Shown: positions 20,002-30,071, counted from the whole stretch's first letter. The stretch: DNA of 62,690 nt, filler included, from Actinomycetota bacterium (GCA_025963875.1; 5 parts of 5 records of this genome joined end to end with filler, not necessarily neighbours in it); one strand, 5' to 3'. Program-made: numbers and translations. Notes: generated by a model not told the origin, from the sequence alone.

Positions 20002-20487
20002 ATGCAGCAGGTGGTGTTCGGGATCGTGGCGGCGCTGATCGTCTTCGCCGCGGTCCGCCTCGTCACGACCCGCAACCTCGTCCACGGGGCCCTCTACCTG
20101 CTCGCGGTCCTCGCCGGAGCCGCGATCCTCTTCCTGCTGTTCCTTGCCGAGTTCGTCGCCTGGGTGCAGGTGCTGGTCTACATCGGCGCCGTCGTCGTGC
20201 TCCTGCTCTTCGGCCTCATGCTCACCCGTGCCCCCATCGGCAATATGGCCCTCGACAGCCAGACGCGGCCGCTTGCCGCGGTGGTCTCCCTCGCCATCTT
20301 CGGCATCACCTCGACCATCGTCTGGAAGACCTTCAAGGGCCAGACGGTCCACTTCTCGAAGCCCAACACCGTGGACACGCTCGGCCGGGCGATCTTCAGC
20401 CAGTACGTGCTGCCCTTCGAGATCGTCTCCGTGGTGCTGCTGGCCGCCCTCGTTGGCGCGGTGGTGCTCGCAAGGAAGGAGGAGTAG
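20002..20487 (+). CDS. nuoJ: NADH-quinone oxidoreductase subunit J
   Basis: AEFVAWVQVLVYIGAVVVL and YVLPFEIVS. Confidence 0.93.
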   Translation: MQQVVFGIVAALIVFAAVRLVTTRNLVHGALYLLAVLAGAAILFLLFLAEFVAWVQVLVYIGAVVVLLLFGLMLTRAPIGNMALDSQTRPLAAVVSLAIFGITSTIVWKTFKGQTVHFSKPNTVDTLGRAIFSQYVLPFEIVSVVLLAALVGAVVLARKEE

Positions 20488-20793
20488 GTGCCGGTCGCCT
20501 GGGTGCTCATCCTCTCCTCCTTCCTGTTCTCCGTCGGCATCTACGGGGTGCTGGCCCGGCGCAACGCCGTCCTGGTCCTGATGTCGATCGAGCTCATGCT
20601 CAACGCAGCCAACATCAACTTCGTTGTCTTCAACCTGCTGCTGCACTCGATCTCGTATATCGGGCAGGTCTTCGCCCTGTTCATCATCACCATCGCGGCG
20701 GCCGAGCTCGGCGTCGGGCTCGCGATCGTGATCCTCATCTTCCGGAACCGCTCGACGGTGTCGATCGACGAAGTGAGCCTGATGAAGTGGTAA
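20488..20793 (+). CDS. nuoK: NADH-quinone oxidoreductase subunit K
   Basis: LMSIELMLNA and AAAELGVGLAI. Confidence 0.95.
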   Translation: MPVAWVLILSSFLFSVGIYGVLARRNAVLVLMSIELMLNAANINFVVFNLLLHSISYIGQVFALFIITIAAAELGVGLAIVILIFRNRSTVSIDEVSLMKW

Positions 20794-20797
20794 TCCG

Positions 20798-22759
20798 TTG
20801 AGATCCGTCGCCTGGCTGATCCCCGTCTTCCCGCTGCTCGCCTTCTTCCTCATCGTCTTCTTCGGCAAGCGGATGCCACGCAAGGGCCACGAGATCGGCA
20901 TCCTGGCAATCGCCGCCTCGCTGGTCGTCGCCCTCGGCGTCTTCTTCCAGCAGATCGCGCACTCGGATCAGGTCTACGAACGGTCGGTGACGTGGTTCCG
21001 CTTCGGTGACGGCGGACGGTTCGTCGAGCTCGGCATGCACATCGACGGCCTGGCGGCGGTGATGTTCGTCGTCGTCTGCACCGTGTCGCTGCTCGTGCAG
21101 ATCTACTCCACCGAGTACATGCGCGACGACGTCCGCTACACCTGGTACTACGCCTGCCTGTCGCTGTTCACCGGCTCGATGCTGAACCTGGTCATCGCCA
21201 ACAACCTCATCCAGATGCTGATCGGGTGGGAGGGCGTCGGCGTGGCCTCGTACCTGCTCATCGGGCACTGGTTCGAGGAGCGGGCGAACTCGAACGCCGG
21301 CTTGAAGGCGTTCATCACCACCCGCATCGGCGACGTGGGCTTCATGTTCGGCATCTTCGTTCTGTTCTGGGCGGCCGGATCGTTCAACATCGCCCACATC
21401 ACGTCCGTCGTGGCCTCGGGTGGAGTCGCCAGGGGGACGCTCACCTGGGCGGCGATCCTTCTGTTCTGCGGCGCAATCGGCAAGTCGGCTCAGGTTCCCC
21501 TGCAGGTCTGGCTCCCCGACGCCATGGCCGGCCCCACGCCGGTATCCGCCCTCATCCATGCGGCCACCATGGTCGTGGCCGGCGTCTACCTCGTCGCGCG
21601 CATGTACGGGGTGTTCCATGCCTCGCCGGCGGCCCTCAACGAGGTGGCGATCATCGGGGCGATCACGATGGTGATGGCCGCCGGCCTGGCCCTGGTCCAG
21701 GACGACATCAAGAAGGTCCTGGCCTACTCGACGATCAGCCAGCTCGCCTACATGGTGGCGGCGCTGGGCGTCGGTGCCTACACGGCGAGCGTGTTCCACA
21801 TCTGGACCCATGCCTGGTTCAAGGCGCTGCTGTTCCTGGGGGCCGGGTCGGTCGCCCACGCCGTCCACTCGTTCTCCATGAACGACATGGGCGGGCTGCG
21901 AAAACAGATGCCGACCACGTTCAAGACCTACGTGATCGGGTCGCTGGCCCTGGCGGGCATCTTCCCCCTGGCCGGTTTCTGGTCGAAGGACGACATCATC
22001 AACGGCGCCTACCACTCGGCCCGGGCGGGCAGCTCCGTCGGCTGGTTCGTCTTCCTCGCAGCCCTGCTGACCGCGTTCCTCACCGCGGCCTACGTCGCTC
22101 GCATGGTCGCCCTGACGTTCTACGGCAAGCCGAGGTACGACCCGGAACACGTCCACCCCCACGAGTCGCCGAAGGCGATGACCATCCCGCTGGTGTTCCT
22201 GGCGTTCATGGCCATCTTCTCCGGGTTCCTCGGCCTGCCCGGCAAGCTCAACCTGTTCGCCGGCTGGGTCCGCTTCGGCGACGTGGAGCACTCCTTCAAC
22301 CTCGCCCTCGACGCTTTTTCCACGGTGCTGGCCTTGAGCGGCCTCTACCTGGGCTGGACCATCTTCAAGCTGCACAGAGTGAACATCGACCTGGCGAAGA
22401 GCCCGCTGGCGTGGTTCTACAAGCTCCTCCAGCGTCGCTACTACTTCGACGACCTGTACTTCAACGGGATCGTCCACCCCGTAGCGGGCCCCATCGCGCG
22501 GGCTGCCTACTGGACGAACCAGAAGATCCTCGACGCCGTCATCAACTTCGCCGGGACCGCCACCGTGGCGCTGGGAAGGTTCGTGTACCGGGACATCGAC
22601 CAGCAGATCATCGACGGGGGGGTCAACGGCCTCGCCCAGGGGGCGGGAGCGGCCGGCAACGGGCTCAAGTTCTGGCAAACCGGCAACGTGCAGATCTATG
22701 CAGCAGGTCTGTTCGTTGGCATAGCGGTCTTCGTAGGGGTCTTTCTGATCCGAGGCTGA
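20798..22759 (+). CDS. nuoL: NADH-quinone oxidoreductase subunit L
   Basis: GWEGVG, KSAQVPLQVWLPDAMAGPTPVSALIHAATMV and HAWFKALLFL. Confidence 0.96.
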   Translation: MRSVAWLIPVFPLLAFFLIVFFGKRMPRKGHEIGILAIAASLVVALGVFFQQIAHSDQVYERSVTWFRFGDGGRFVELGMHIDGLAAVMFVVVCTVSLLVQIYSTEYMRDDVRYTWYYACLSLFTGSMLNLVIANNLIQMLIGWEGVGVASYLLIGHWFEERANSNAGLKAFITTRIGDVGFMFGIFVLFWAAGSFNIAHITSVVASGGVARGTLTWAAILLFCGAIGKSAQVPLQVWLPDAMAGPTPVSALIHAATMVVAGVYLVARMYGVFHASPAALNEVAIIGAITMVMAAGLALVQDDIKKVLAYSTISQLAYMVAALGVGAYTASVFHIWTHAWFKALLFLGAGSVAHAVHSFSMNDMGGLRKQMPTTFKTYVIGSLALAGIFPLAGFWSKDDIINGAYHSARAGSSVGWFVFLAALLTAFLTAAYVARMVALTFYGKPRYDPEHVHPHESPKAMTIPLVFLAFMAIFSGFLGLPGKLNLFAGWVRFGDVEHSFNLALDAFSTVLALSGLYLGWTIFKLHRVNIDLAKSPLAWFYKLLQRRYYFDDLYFNGIVHPVAGPIARAAYWTNQKILDAVINFAGTATVALGRFVYRDIDQQIIDGGVNGLAQGAGAAGNGLKFWQTGNVQIYAAGLFVGIAVFVGVFLIRG

Positions 22760-22792
22760 AGGAACCGGGCTGAATGCAATCGAAAGGATGAG

Positions 22793-24316
22793 GTGCTAAT
22801 GGACTTCCTGGCTCACTGGGGGCTGACCCTGAGCGTGTTCCTGCCCATCGTGGGAGCAGCTCTCATCGCCTTCACCCCGAAGGAGCAGGAGAAGACGATC
22901 AAGTTCCTGTCCCTCGCCTTCACGTTCCTGCCCCTCGTCGTGGGCGTCCTGCTGCTGCGCGTGTACCACATCGGGATGACCGGGATGCAGCTCGAGACCA
23001 ACCGGTCGTGGATCCCCTCCATCGGCGCCCGGTACCACGTCGGCATCGACGGGATCAGCCTGCCGCTGCTCGAGCTGACGTTGCTCGTCACGTTCCTGTG
23101 CGCCATCTACTCGCTGAAATGGCTGCCCGAGCCCCACAACCCCAAAGGGTTCCTGGCGCTCATGCTCCTCCTCGAGACGGGCATGGCCGGCACCTTCATC
23201 GCCCTCGACCTCGTTCTGTTCTTCATCTTCTGGGAGCTGGTCCTGGTCCCGATGTACTTCATGATCGGTCTCTGGGGCGGCCCCCGCCGGGAGTACGCGG
23301 CGATCAAGTTCTTCCTCTACACCCTGTTCGGCAGCGTGTTCATGCTGCTGGGATTCCTCGCTCTCTATTTCCGGGCGAGCCCCCACACGTTCGACGTCCT
23401 GCAGCTCCAGCGGATCGGGCCGAGCCTGCCCTCGGGCATCCAGAACCTGATCTTCCTCGGCATGGGGATCGGGTTCGCGATCAAGGTCCCGATGTGGCCG
23501 TTCCACACCTGGCTCCCCGATGCCCACACCGAGGCTCCCACGGTCGGCAGCGTGTTGCTGGCCGCGATCCTCCTCAAGATGGGCACCTACGGGTTCCTCC
23601 GGATCTCGATCCCGATCATGCCGCACGCCGCCCGCACCTACGCCCCCCTGATCGGCGCCCTGGCGGTCATCGCCATCGTGTACGCGGCCCTCAACTGCCT
23701 CGCGCAGACCGACCTCAAGCGCTTGATCGCCTTCAGCTCGGTGGGCCACATGGGCTTCGTGATGCTCGGCATCGCGACGCTCACCCAGATCGGGGTCAAC
23801 GCCGCGGTCTTCGGCATGGTGGCCCACGGCGTCATCACCGGGATGCTGTTCTTCATAGCCGGGTCGATCCACGAGCGCTACCACACCCGGGAGATCCCCC
23901 AGCTCGGCGGGATGGCGCTGCGATTGCCCATCCTGGGCGGCCTCCTGGCCTTCACCGCCATCGCCTCGCTGGGCCTCCCCGGCCTGGCAGGGTTCTGGGG
24001 TGAGGTGCTCGCCCTGCTCAGCTCCTACAACCCGCTGTCGGCGCTCTCCAGCCACACGTTCCGCGTCTACATGGTCGCCGGCGGCATCGGGACGGTGCTG
24101 ACCGCCGGCTACCTCCTGTGGATGATCCAGCGGGTGAACCTCGGCAAGGTCCCCGCGCAGTGGGAGGGCAAGAAGCTGGTCGACGTCCAGCCGCTCGAGA
24201 TGGTGGCCTGGGCGCCCCTGCTCCTCCTCACCTTGGGCCTCGGCCTGTTCCCCCGCCTCATCTTCGACGTGACGACGCACTCGGTCATCGGGCTGACGAA
24301 GCTCCTCGGAGGCTGA
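22793..24316 (+). CDS. nuoM: NADH-quinone oxidoreductase subunit M
   Basis: FFIFWE, IKVPMWPFHTWLPDAHTEAPT and LKMGTYG. Confidence 0.96.
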   Translation: MLMDFLAHWGLTLSVFLPIVGAALIAFTPKEQEKTIKFLSLAFTFLPLVVGVLLLRVYHIGMTGMQLETNRSWIPSIGARYHVGIDGISLPLLELTLLVTFLCAIYSLKWLPEPHNPKGFLALMLLLETGMAGTFIALDLVLFFIFWELVLVPMYFMIGLWGGPRREYAAIKFFLYTLFGSVFMLLGFLALYFRASPHTFDVLQLQRIGPSLPSGIQNLIFLGMGIGFAIKVPMWPFHTWLPDAHTEAPTVGSVLLAAILLKMGTYGFLRISIPIMPHAARTYAPLIGALAVIAIVYAALNCLAQTDLKRLIAFSSVGHMGFVMLGIATLTQIGVNAAVFGMVAHGVITGMLFFIAGSIHERYHTREIPQLGGMALRLPILGGLLAFTAIASLGLPGLAGFWGEVLALLSSYNPLSALSSHTFRVYMVAGGIGTVLTAGYLLWMIQRVNLGKVPAQWEGKKLVDVQPLEMVAWAPLLLLTLGLGLFPRLIFDVTTHSVIGLTKLLGG

Positions 24317-24324
24317 CGCAACGC

Positions 24325-25773
24325 ATGCAGATCGATTACGCCGCCGTCGCCCCCGAGCTGGTCCTCACCGGCGCGCTCTGCATTGTGCTCGTGGTCGACC
24401 TCGTGCTGCCGGACAACCGCAAGGGCCTCATCATGCCGGTGTCGCTGCTCGGGGTGGCCGGGACGCTGCTGGCGCTCCTGGCCCTGGCCGGCGACCCGAC
24501 CCGGACGACCCTTGGCGGGATGTTTGTGGTCGACTCCTTCGCCGTCACCCTCAAGATCCTGTTCTGCGTCGCCGCCCTCCTCACGCTCGCGATGTCCTAC
24601 GACTACCTCCGGAAGGAGGGGATCCATCAGGGCGAGTTCTACTTCCTGCTCCTGTGCTCCCTGCTGGGGATGCTCACGATCGCCTCCAGCCGGGACCTGC
24701 TGCCGATCTTCGTGTCCCTCGAGCTGGTGTCGGTGCCGGCGTTCGTGCTGGCGGGGCTCCAGAAGATCGATGTGAAGTCCAACGAGGCGGCCCTCAAGTT
24801 CTTCCTCTTCAGCATCCTCTCCACCGCCGTGATGCTCTTCGGCATGTCCCTGATCTACGGGATCACCGGGACGACGAACCTCGCCGAGATCGCCGTCCGC
24901 CTCGCCGCCACCCCCGTGCTGCGCTCGATCGCCGTGCTGTCGGTCTTCTTCGTCGTCGTCGGCTTCGGCTTCAAGATCTCGGCGTTCCCGTTCCAGTGGT
25001 GGGTGCCGGACACCTACGAGGGGTCACCCGTGCCGGTGGCCGCCTTCCTCTCGGTGGCCTCGAAGACCGCCGGGTTCGTCGGGCTGCTGCAGATCATGTT
25101 CATCGCCTTCCACGGCCTCGCCGACGTCTGGCGGCCCTTCATCGCCGCCGTGGCGATCCTCACGATGACCTTCGGCAACCTCGTGGCCCTCACCCAGCGC
25201 CACATCGTGCGGCTGCTCGCCTACTCGTCGATCGGCCAGGCCGGCTACATCCTGCTGCCGCTGGCGGTCGTGAACGTCAACGGGGGGTCGGTCAACCACG
25301 AGGCCTTCGCCGCCTCGATCGCCTACCTCCTCATCTACGCCTTCATGGAGATGGGGGCGTTCTCGGTGGCGGTGGCCTACGGCCGCGAGGGGGGCTACTT
25401 CATCGACGACTACGCGGGCCTGGGCTACCGGGCCCCCGGCCTCGCCGTCGTGATGACGGTGTTCCTGTTCTCGCTCGCCGGGATCCCGCCGCTGGCGGGC
25501 TGGGCCGCCAAGCTCTTCATCTTCCGGGCGGTGATCGACGGCCACGAGTACTGGCTGGCCGTGGCGATGGCCGTCAACACGGTGATCGCGCTCTTCTACT
25601 ACGCCAAGGTCGTCCGCAGGATGTTCTTCGAGCCCGCCGGCGACGGGCCGTTGGGCGTCAAGGTGCCGCTGCTCCTCCAGGCCACGATCGCCGTCTCGAC
25701 GGTCATGGTCCTCTTGGTCGGCATCCTCCCCGACCTGGCAGCCCACCTGGCGAGGATGTCGACGCTCGTCTGA
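24325..25773 (+). CDS. nuoN: NADH-quinone oxidoreductase subunit N, second copy
   Basis: FKISAFPFQWWVPDTYEGSP, RLLAYSSIGQAG and SLAGIPPLAGW. Confidence 0.95.
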   Translation: MQIDYAAVAPELVLTGALCIVLVVDLVLPDNRKGLIMPVSLLGVAGTLLALLALAGDPTRTTLGGMFVVDSFAVTLKILFCVAALLTLAMSYDYLRKEGIHQGEFYFLLLCSLLGMLTIASSRDLLPIFVSLELVSVPAFVLAGLQKIDVKSNEAALKFFLFSILSTAVMLFGMSLIYGITGTTNLAEIAVRLAATPVLRSIAVLSVFFVVVGFGFKISAFPFQWWVPDTYEGSPVPVAAFLSVASKTAGFVGLLQIMFIAFHGLADVWRPFIAAVAILTMTFGNLVALTQRHIVRLLAYSSIGQAGYILLPLAVVNVNGGSVNHEAFAASIAYLLIYAFMEMGAFSVAVAYGREGGYFIDDYAGLGYRAPGLAVVMTVFLFSLAGIPPLAGWAAKLFIFRAVIDGHEYWLAVAMAVNTVIALFYYAKVVRRMFFEPAGDGPLGVKVPLLLQATIAVSTVMVLLVGILPDLAAHLARMSTLV

Positions 25774-25854
25774 TCGCCTCAAGAGGAACCCCGGGCCTGC
25801 CGATAGTGACCGAGCGGGCGTGGTCCCGACGTTCAGGATTCGGGGGTTCCTTTC

Positions 25855-26829
25855 GTGTCGCAGAAGATCGCCGACGAAAAAAAGAAGAGCTGCTACAAGC
25901 ATGCATCCCGCGAGACCAGCCTTGCCTGCGGCCGCTGCGGGCGACCCATCTGCTGGGAGTGCCTCGTCGATGCCCCGGTGGGTTTCCAGTGCCGCAAGTG
26001 CACGGGGCAGAAATCCAAGCCATCCGGCGCAGTCCGGAAGGTGCACCGACGTAATCGTCTCAAGCGGGGGCTCGTCAAGGTCGCCAAGACCCTCGTTGTG
26101 CTGGCACTCGTCGCCAGCGCAACCGTGGTCTACATCAGGACGCAGCGGACTGCTCCGGCCCCCGACGCCGGCGGCGCCGCGGCCGTTGCCACGGCGCCGA
26201 TCCCCGGTCCCGCCGAGGACCCGGCCGGCTTCAGGTTCCTGGAGGTCGACGCCCGCACCGGCCAGCCGCTCCGGTTCAACCCCTGCCGGACCATCGAGTA
26301 CGTCGTCAACGTGGAAGGGGCGCCGGCAGGGGGCCTGAGCGCGGTGAACGCCGCGGTCGACCAGATCAGCAAGGCCACCGGGATCGCGTTCGTCTCCGCG
26401 GGCATCACCTCCGAGAGGGGACTCGCCGATCGCCAGAACTACCAGCCGAACTACTACGGGGACAAGTGGGCCCCCATCCTCATCGGATGGCTCCCGCTCG
26501 GGCAGGGGGCCGGCGCCGGCCACGGCTTTGCCGGAGTGGGCGGCCCGTCCCGCCCCGTGCCGTCCGGCAACACCTGGGTCTACGTGTCCGGCAAGGTGCT
26601 GATGAACTCCGACGACAAGGTGCCCCCGGCGTTCATCCAGGGCGTCGTCATGCACGAGCTGGGCCATGTCCTCGGCCTCGACCACGTCACGAGCGCTGGC
26701 AACGTCATGAACCCCGCCGGCAACATGGTGCCCAACCAGCCCTGGGGGTCTGGCGACCTGGCCGGCCTGCAGAAGGTCGGGAAGGCCGCCGGCTGTCTCG
26801 GGGAGCCCAAGCCAAGCGCAACGTCGTAA
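25855..26829 (+). CDS. Membrane-anchored matrixin-like metalloprotease with an N-terminal B-box-like Zn finger
   Basis: CYKH..CGRCGRPICWEC..GFQCRKC, one TM helix, HELGHVLGLDH plus Met-turn VMNP. Confidence 0.85.
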   Translation: MSQKIADEKKKSCYKHASRETSLACGRCGRPICWECLVDAPVGFQCRKCTGQKSKPSGAVRKVHRRNRLKRGLVKVAKTLVVLALVASATVVYIRTQRTAPAPDAGGAAAVATAPIPGPAEDPAGFRFLEVDARTGQPLRFNPCRTIEYVVNVEGAPAGGLSAVNAAVDQISKATGIAFVSAGITSERGLADRQNYQPNYYGDKWAPILIGWLPLGQGAGAGHGFAGVGGPSRPVPSGNTWVYVSGKVLMNSDDKVPPAFIQGVVMHELGHVLGLDHVTSAGNVMNPAGNMVPNQPWGSGDLAGLQKVGKAAGCLGEPKPSATS

Positions 26830-26909
26830 GCTGCGCGGTCAAGCAGAAGTTAGTCGCCTTTCGCGCACATGTGCGCCCTGCGCTCCTAACGTCGGCGGTG
26901 GCGCGTGCC

Positions 26910-27845
26910 CTAACGCACCGGGAGCTGCCGGTTCGGGGTGATGATCGTGTCCCGGTAGTCGCCCCTGGGCAGGTGGGCGCCCGCCCACACCAGGCAGCGC
27001 TCCAGGCGGGAGCCCGGAGCGATGGCCACCCTCTTTCCGACGACGGAGTGGCGCAGGTCCACATCCTCGACCAACGCCCCCTCGCCCACGAAGGCCATCA
27101 CGTCCCACCGTTCGCAGGCCTCGCCGGCGGCGTCGGTGGCCAGCTTCGGGTCCCGCATCCCGGCGAGCACGTCGAGGTTTGCCTTCAGGTGGTCCTTCGG
27201 GGTGGCGATGTCGAGCCAGTAGCCGTCCCATTCCAGGGCGGCGAAGCCCTTGTGGTCACGGACGAGTCCCTTGAAGACCGTCTCGTAGAGCCCGCTTTCC
27301 CCCTCGGGGACGTAGGACAGGACCTCGGGCTCGAAGATCGCCATGCCCCCGTAGCGGTGGCCGGACCGGACCTCCTCCCGGCGGTCGATCAGGTCGAAGA
27401 CCCAGCTCTGCTCCAGGGCGAAGTCCGCCTCGTCCTCGACCGGGATGGCGAGGACGGTGGCCGCCGCCTTGGCGGAGCGGTGCGCCTCGATCAGCCGCTC
27501 CACGGCCAGGTCGGTGGCGATGTCGGCGTTCGCCACCAGGAAGGCCTCGGTCAGCTCACCGGCGATGGGCTTGAGGGCCCCAGCCGTCCCCAGGGCGACG
27601 TCCCGCTCGTGCGAGACGCTGATCGTCATCTCCCGCCGTGCAGCCTCGTGGGCGACGCTGCGATCGATGGCCTCGTGGTCGGCGTGGGCATTCACCCAGA
27701 CCCGATCAAGCCCGGCCCGCCGGAGCCCCGCCAGGACCCAGGCCAGCTGAGGCGTGTCGAGCGTTGGCACCAGTGCTTTGGGCAGTTCGGCGTTCAGGGG
27801 TGCCATGCGGGAGCCCCTTCCCGCAGCCAGGACTACGGCGAGCAT
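26910..27845 (-). CDS. Sugar-phosphate nucleotidyltransferase (mannose-1-P guanylyltransferase-like)
   Basis: VLAAGRGSRMAPL..PKALVP, LGTAG, NADI and WLDIAT; C-terminal hexapeptide-like repeats. Confidence 0.88.
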   Translation of the reverse strand: MLAVVLAAGRGSRMAPLNAELPKALVPTLDTPQLAWVLAGLRRAGLDRVWVNAHADHEAIDRSVAHEAARREMTISVSHERDVALGTAGALKPIAGELTEAFLVANADIATDLAVERLIEAHRSAKAAATVLAIPVEDEADFALEQSWVFDLIDRREEVRSGHRYGGMAIFEPEVLSYVPEGESGLYETVFKGLVRDHKGFAALEWDGYWLDIATPKDHLKANLDVLAGMRDPKLATDAAGEACERWDVMAFVGEGALVEDVDLRHSVVGKRVAIAPGSRLERCLVWAGAHLPRGDYRDTIITPNRQLPVR

Positions 27846-27982
27846 CGGGTGCGCTGTCGAGGTTCGAAGCGATGAGTAACCAGCCCATACCCCCCGGAGC
27901 CCCGCCGCGCGAGTGCGGCCCGAGGGCATCTTACATGGGTGTCGGCATCCGGTTGCCAGCGCTGCGCGCCGCCCGGTAGCAT

Positions 27983-28048
27983 GGCGCCGCTCAAGGCGCC
28001 GGATAAAGGCCCGAGGTGTCTTTCAAGGCGCCGGATAAGGAGAAGAGG
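27983..28048 (+). repeat. Two copies of the dispersed motif TCAAGGCGCCGGAT
   Basis: tcaaggcgccggataa at 27991-28006 and 28023-28038; related copies at 673-707 and 31607-31628 on the minus strand. Confidence 0.8.
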
Positions 28049-28052
28049 GAGC

Positions 28053-29306
28053 ATGGCCAGCGTCCGCACGTGCCTGCTCGCCGCCACCGCCGCCACTGCG
28101 GCGCTCTTCGTCACGCTCGCTGCGCCACCCGTCGAGGCGCAGCTCATTCCCTTCCCCACCCCGCTCCTCCCCGGCCTGGTCGGGCCGTCGCCGTCGGCAG
28201 CCCCCGCCCCGGCCGCTCCCGCGGCTTCCGCGCCGGCGAAGGCTCCTACGCCGGGGGCACGGGCGAAACCATCCGGGAACGCCCCAGCGAACGCCCCGCA
28301 GAACACCAGGGCATCGTCGTCCTCGAAGAAGTCCCCGTCGGTCCAGGCAGCCACATCGGCCGGCTCCGGTCCGGCGCGTGCCCCCTCCTTCATCCGCACC
28401 GGCCCGGCCTCCACGGCCGGGCTCATCACCGACATCGCCCCGCTCGTCGGCGACGGGATGGCGTCCCGTGATGCCCTGATCCTGGCCGGGCCGCCCTTCC
28501 CCGTTGCGGGAATGGCAAAGTACTCCGACGACTTCCTGACGCCCCGGCTCACCCCCGTTCCGCACCTGCACCAGGGAACGGACGTCTTCGCCGACTTCGG
28601 CACCCCGATCGTGGGCTCGGGGCCCGGCAGAGTCACGCAGCGGGACAATACCCCTGACGCCGGGGGTCTCGAGATGTGGGTGGCGGGCGACGACGGCGTC
28701 AACTACTACTACGCCCATCTCCTCTCCTTCTCCGAGGCCGCGCGGGTGGGGCGGACGGTGACGGCCGGCACGATCCTCGGCTACGTCGGCAACACCGGCG
28801 ACGCCTCGGAGGGGCCGCCGCACCTGCACTTCGAGATCCACCCGCCGGGGTCGGGCCGGGACAAGGTGCTCGCCGCCGGGGTGCCGATCACGGGGATCGT
28901 CGCCTCGTCATCGGGCTCGATCAATCCCAAGCCAATCCTCGACGCCTGGCTGGCCCAGGCCGAGCAGCACGCCATCGCCATGGCCGCCAAGTCGGCCGCC
29001 AAGCCCGGTCTCGCTGGCGCACCGCCCGACCTCACCCTGTCGGGGCGCAGCGGCAACCCCGCCGAGCTGGTCTGGTTCAGCGTGTTCCAGCCGTCGCTCG
29101 GCTCGCTCGGCCTCGCCCTCCAGGCGGCGCACGCCGCGGGGACGGTGGATGAGAAGGCGACATCCTCGGAGGCTGCGTCGGCCGATGTTCAGCGCAGGGC
29201 CGAGATCGGTCTGGCGGTTCGGACGCCCTACGTGCACTTGGGCGACCTCGCCGGCAACGGCTCGGGCTCCGCCATGGACCAGCTGATCGGGGCCGGCTCC
29301 CCCTAG
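28053..29306 (+). CDS. Secreted M23 family peptidase
   Basis: Signal peptide, Pro/Ala linker, HQGTD, YYAHL and PHLHFEI. Confidence 0.88.
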   Translation: MASVRTCLLAATAATAALFVTLAAPPVEAQLIPFPTPLLPGLVGPSPSAAPAPAAPAASAPAKAPTPGARAKPSGNAPANAPQNTRASSSSKKSPSVQAATSAGSGPARAPSFIRTGPASTAGLITDIAPLVGDGMASRDALILAGPPFPVAGMAKYSDDFLTPRLTPVPHLHQGTDVFADFGTPIVGSGPGRVTQRDNTPDAGGLEMWVAGDDGVNYYYAHLLSFSEAARVGRTVTAGTILGYVGNTGDASEGPPHLHFEIHPPGSGRDKVLAAGVPITGIVASSSGSINPKPILDAWLAQAEQHAIAMAAKSAAKPGLAGAPPDLTLSGRSGNPAELVWFSVFQPSLGSLGLALQAAHAAGTVDEKATSSEAASADVQRRAEIGLAVRTPYVHLGDLAGNGSGSAMDQLIGAGSP

Positions 29307-29798
29307 CTAGCGGTAATTCGTGAACTGCAGGGGGATGCCGAAGTCCTCGTCCTTGAGGGCCTTGATGACTGCCTGGAGGTCGTCCCGGGACTTGCCGGTC
29401 ACCCGGAGGCTGTCGCCCTGCACCTGGCTCTGGACCTTGACGGGCAGGCCCTTGATGAACTTGTTCATGGTGCGGGCCTTCTCCTCGTCGATGCCCTTCA
29501 CGAGGGTGATCTTCTGCTTGTAGGTGCTGGCGGCCGCAGGCTCGATCTTGCCCTCCTGGAGGGCCTTGAGCGACACGTTGCGGCGGACCATCTTGTCCCT
29601 CAAGACGTCGTTGGCGGCCTGCACCCTGCCCTCGGAGTTGGAATGGATCTCGATGGAGGTGTCGCCGTCGTGCGTGATCTCGGTGCCGGTGTTCTTGAAG
29701 TCGAAGCGGGTGGTGATCTCCCGGCGGGCCTGATCGAGCGCATTGCGAACCTCCTGCGCATCGATCTCGCTCACCACATCGAACGACGCCTGTGCCAA
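29307..29798 (-). CDS. yajQ: YajQ family nucleotide/c-di-GMP-binding protein
   Basis: SFDVVSE, RFDFK, RVTGKSRDDLQ and QFTNYR. Confidence 0.95.
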   Translation of the reverse strand: MAQASFDVVSEIDAQEVRNALDQARREITTRFDFKNTGTEITHDGDTSIEIHSNSEGRVQAANDVLRDKMVRRNVSLKALQEGKIEPAAASTYKQKITLVKGIDEEKARTMNKFIKGLPVKVQSQVQGDSLRVTGKSRDDLQAVIKALKDEDFGIPLQFTNYR

Positions 29799-29887
29799 CG
29801 GAACCTCCCCGGAGACTGTTGCCTTTATCCTAGTGAGGGAAGCATCCTAGTCAGCGCAGCGTTGCGGTAACCTGCGTCGCTCCACCA

Positions 29888-29969
29888 GGTGGGATACCCA
29901 AGTGGCCAAAGGGAGCGGTCTGTAAAATCGTTGGCTCAGCCTTCGAAGGTTCGAATCCTTCTCCCACCA
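29888..29969 (+). tRNA. tRNA-Tyr(GTA)
   Basis: GGTGGGA/TCCCACC acceptor stem, CTGTAAA anticodon loop, long variable arm, GGTTCGAATCC T-loop. Confidence 0.95.
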
Positions 29970-29970
29970 C

Positions 29971-30070
29971 NNNNNNNNNNNNNNNNNNNNNNNNNNNNNN
30001 NNNNNNNNNNNNNNTTAATTAATTAANNNNNNNNNNNNNNNNNNNNNNNNNNNNNNNNNNNNNNNNNNNN
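29971..30070. other. Artificial contig spacer
   Basis: N run with TTAATTAATTAA. Confidence 0.99.
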
Positions 30071-30071
30071 C

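Noticed and set aside
10309..25773. Apparent physical linkage of CODH with the complex I operon
   Set aside because: They are on different contigs separated by a spacer
27991..28038. 16-bp repeats with a 16-bp spacer as a mini-CRISPR
   Set aside because: Too short and only two units; treated as a dispersed motif instead
29888..29970. tRNA-Tyr as an integration site
   Set aside because: The contig ends at the tRNA; no integrase or duplicated 3' end is visible
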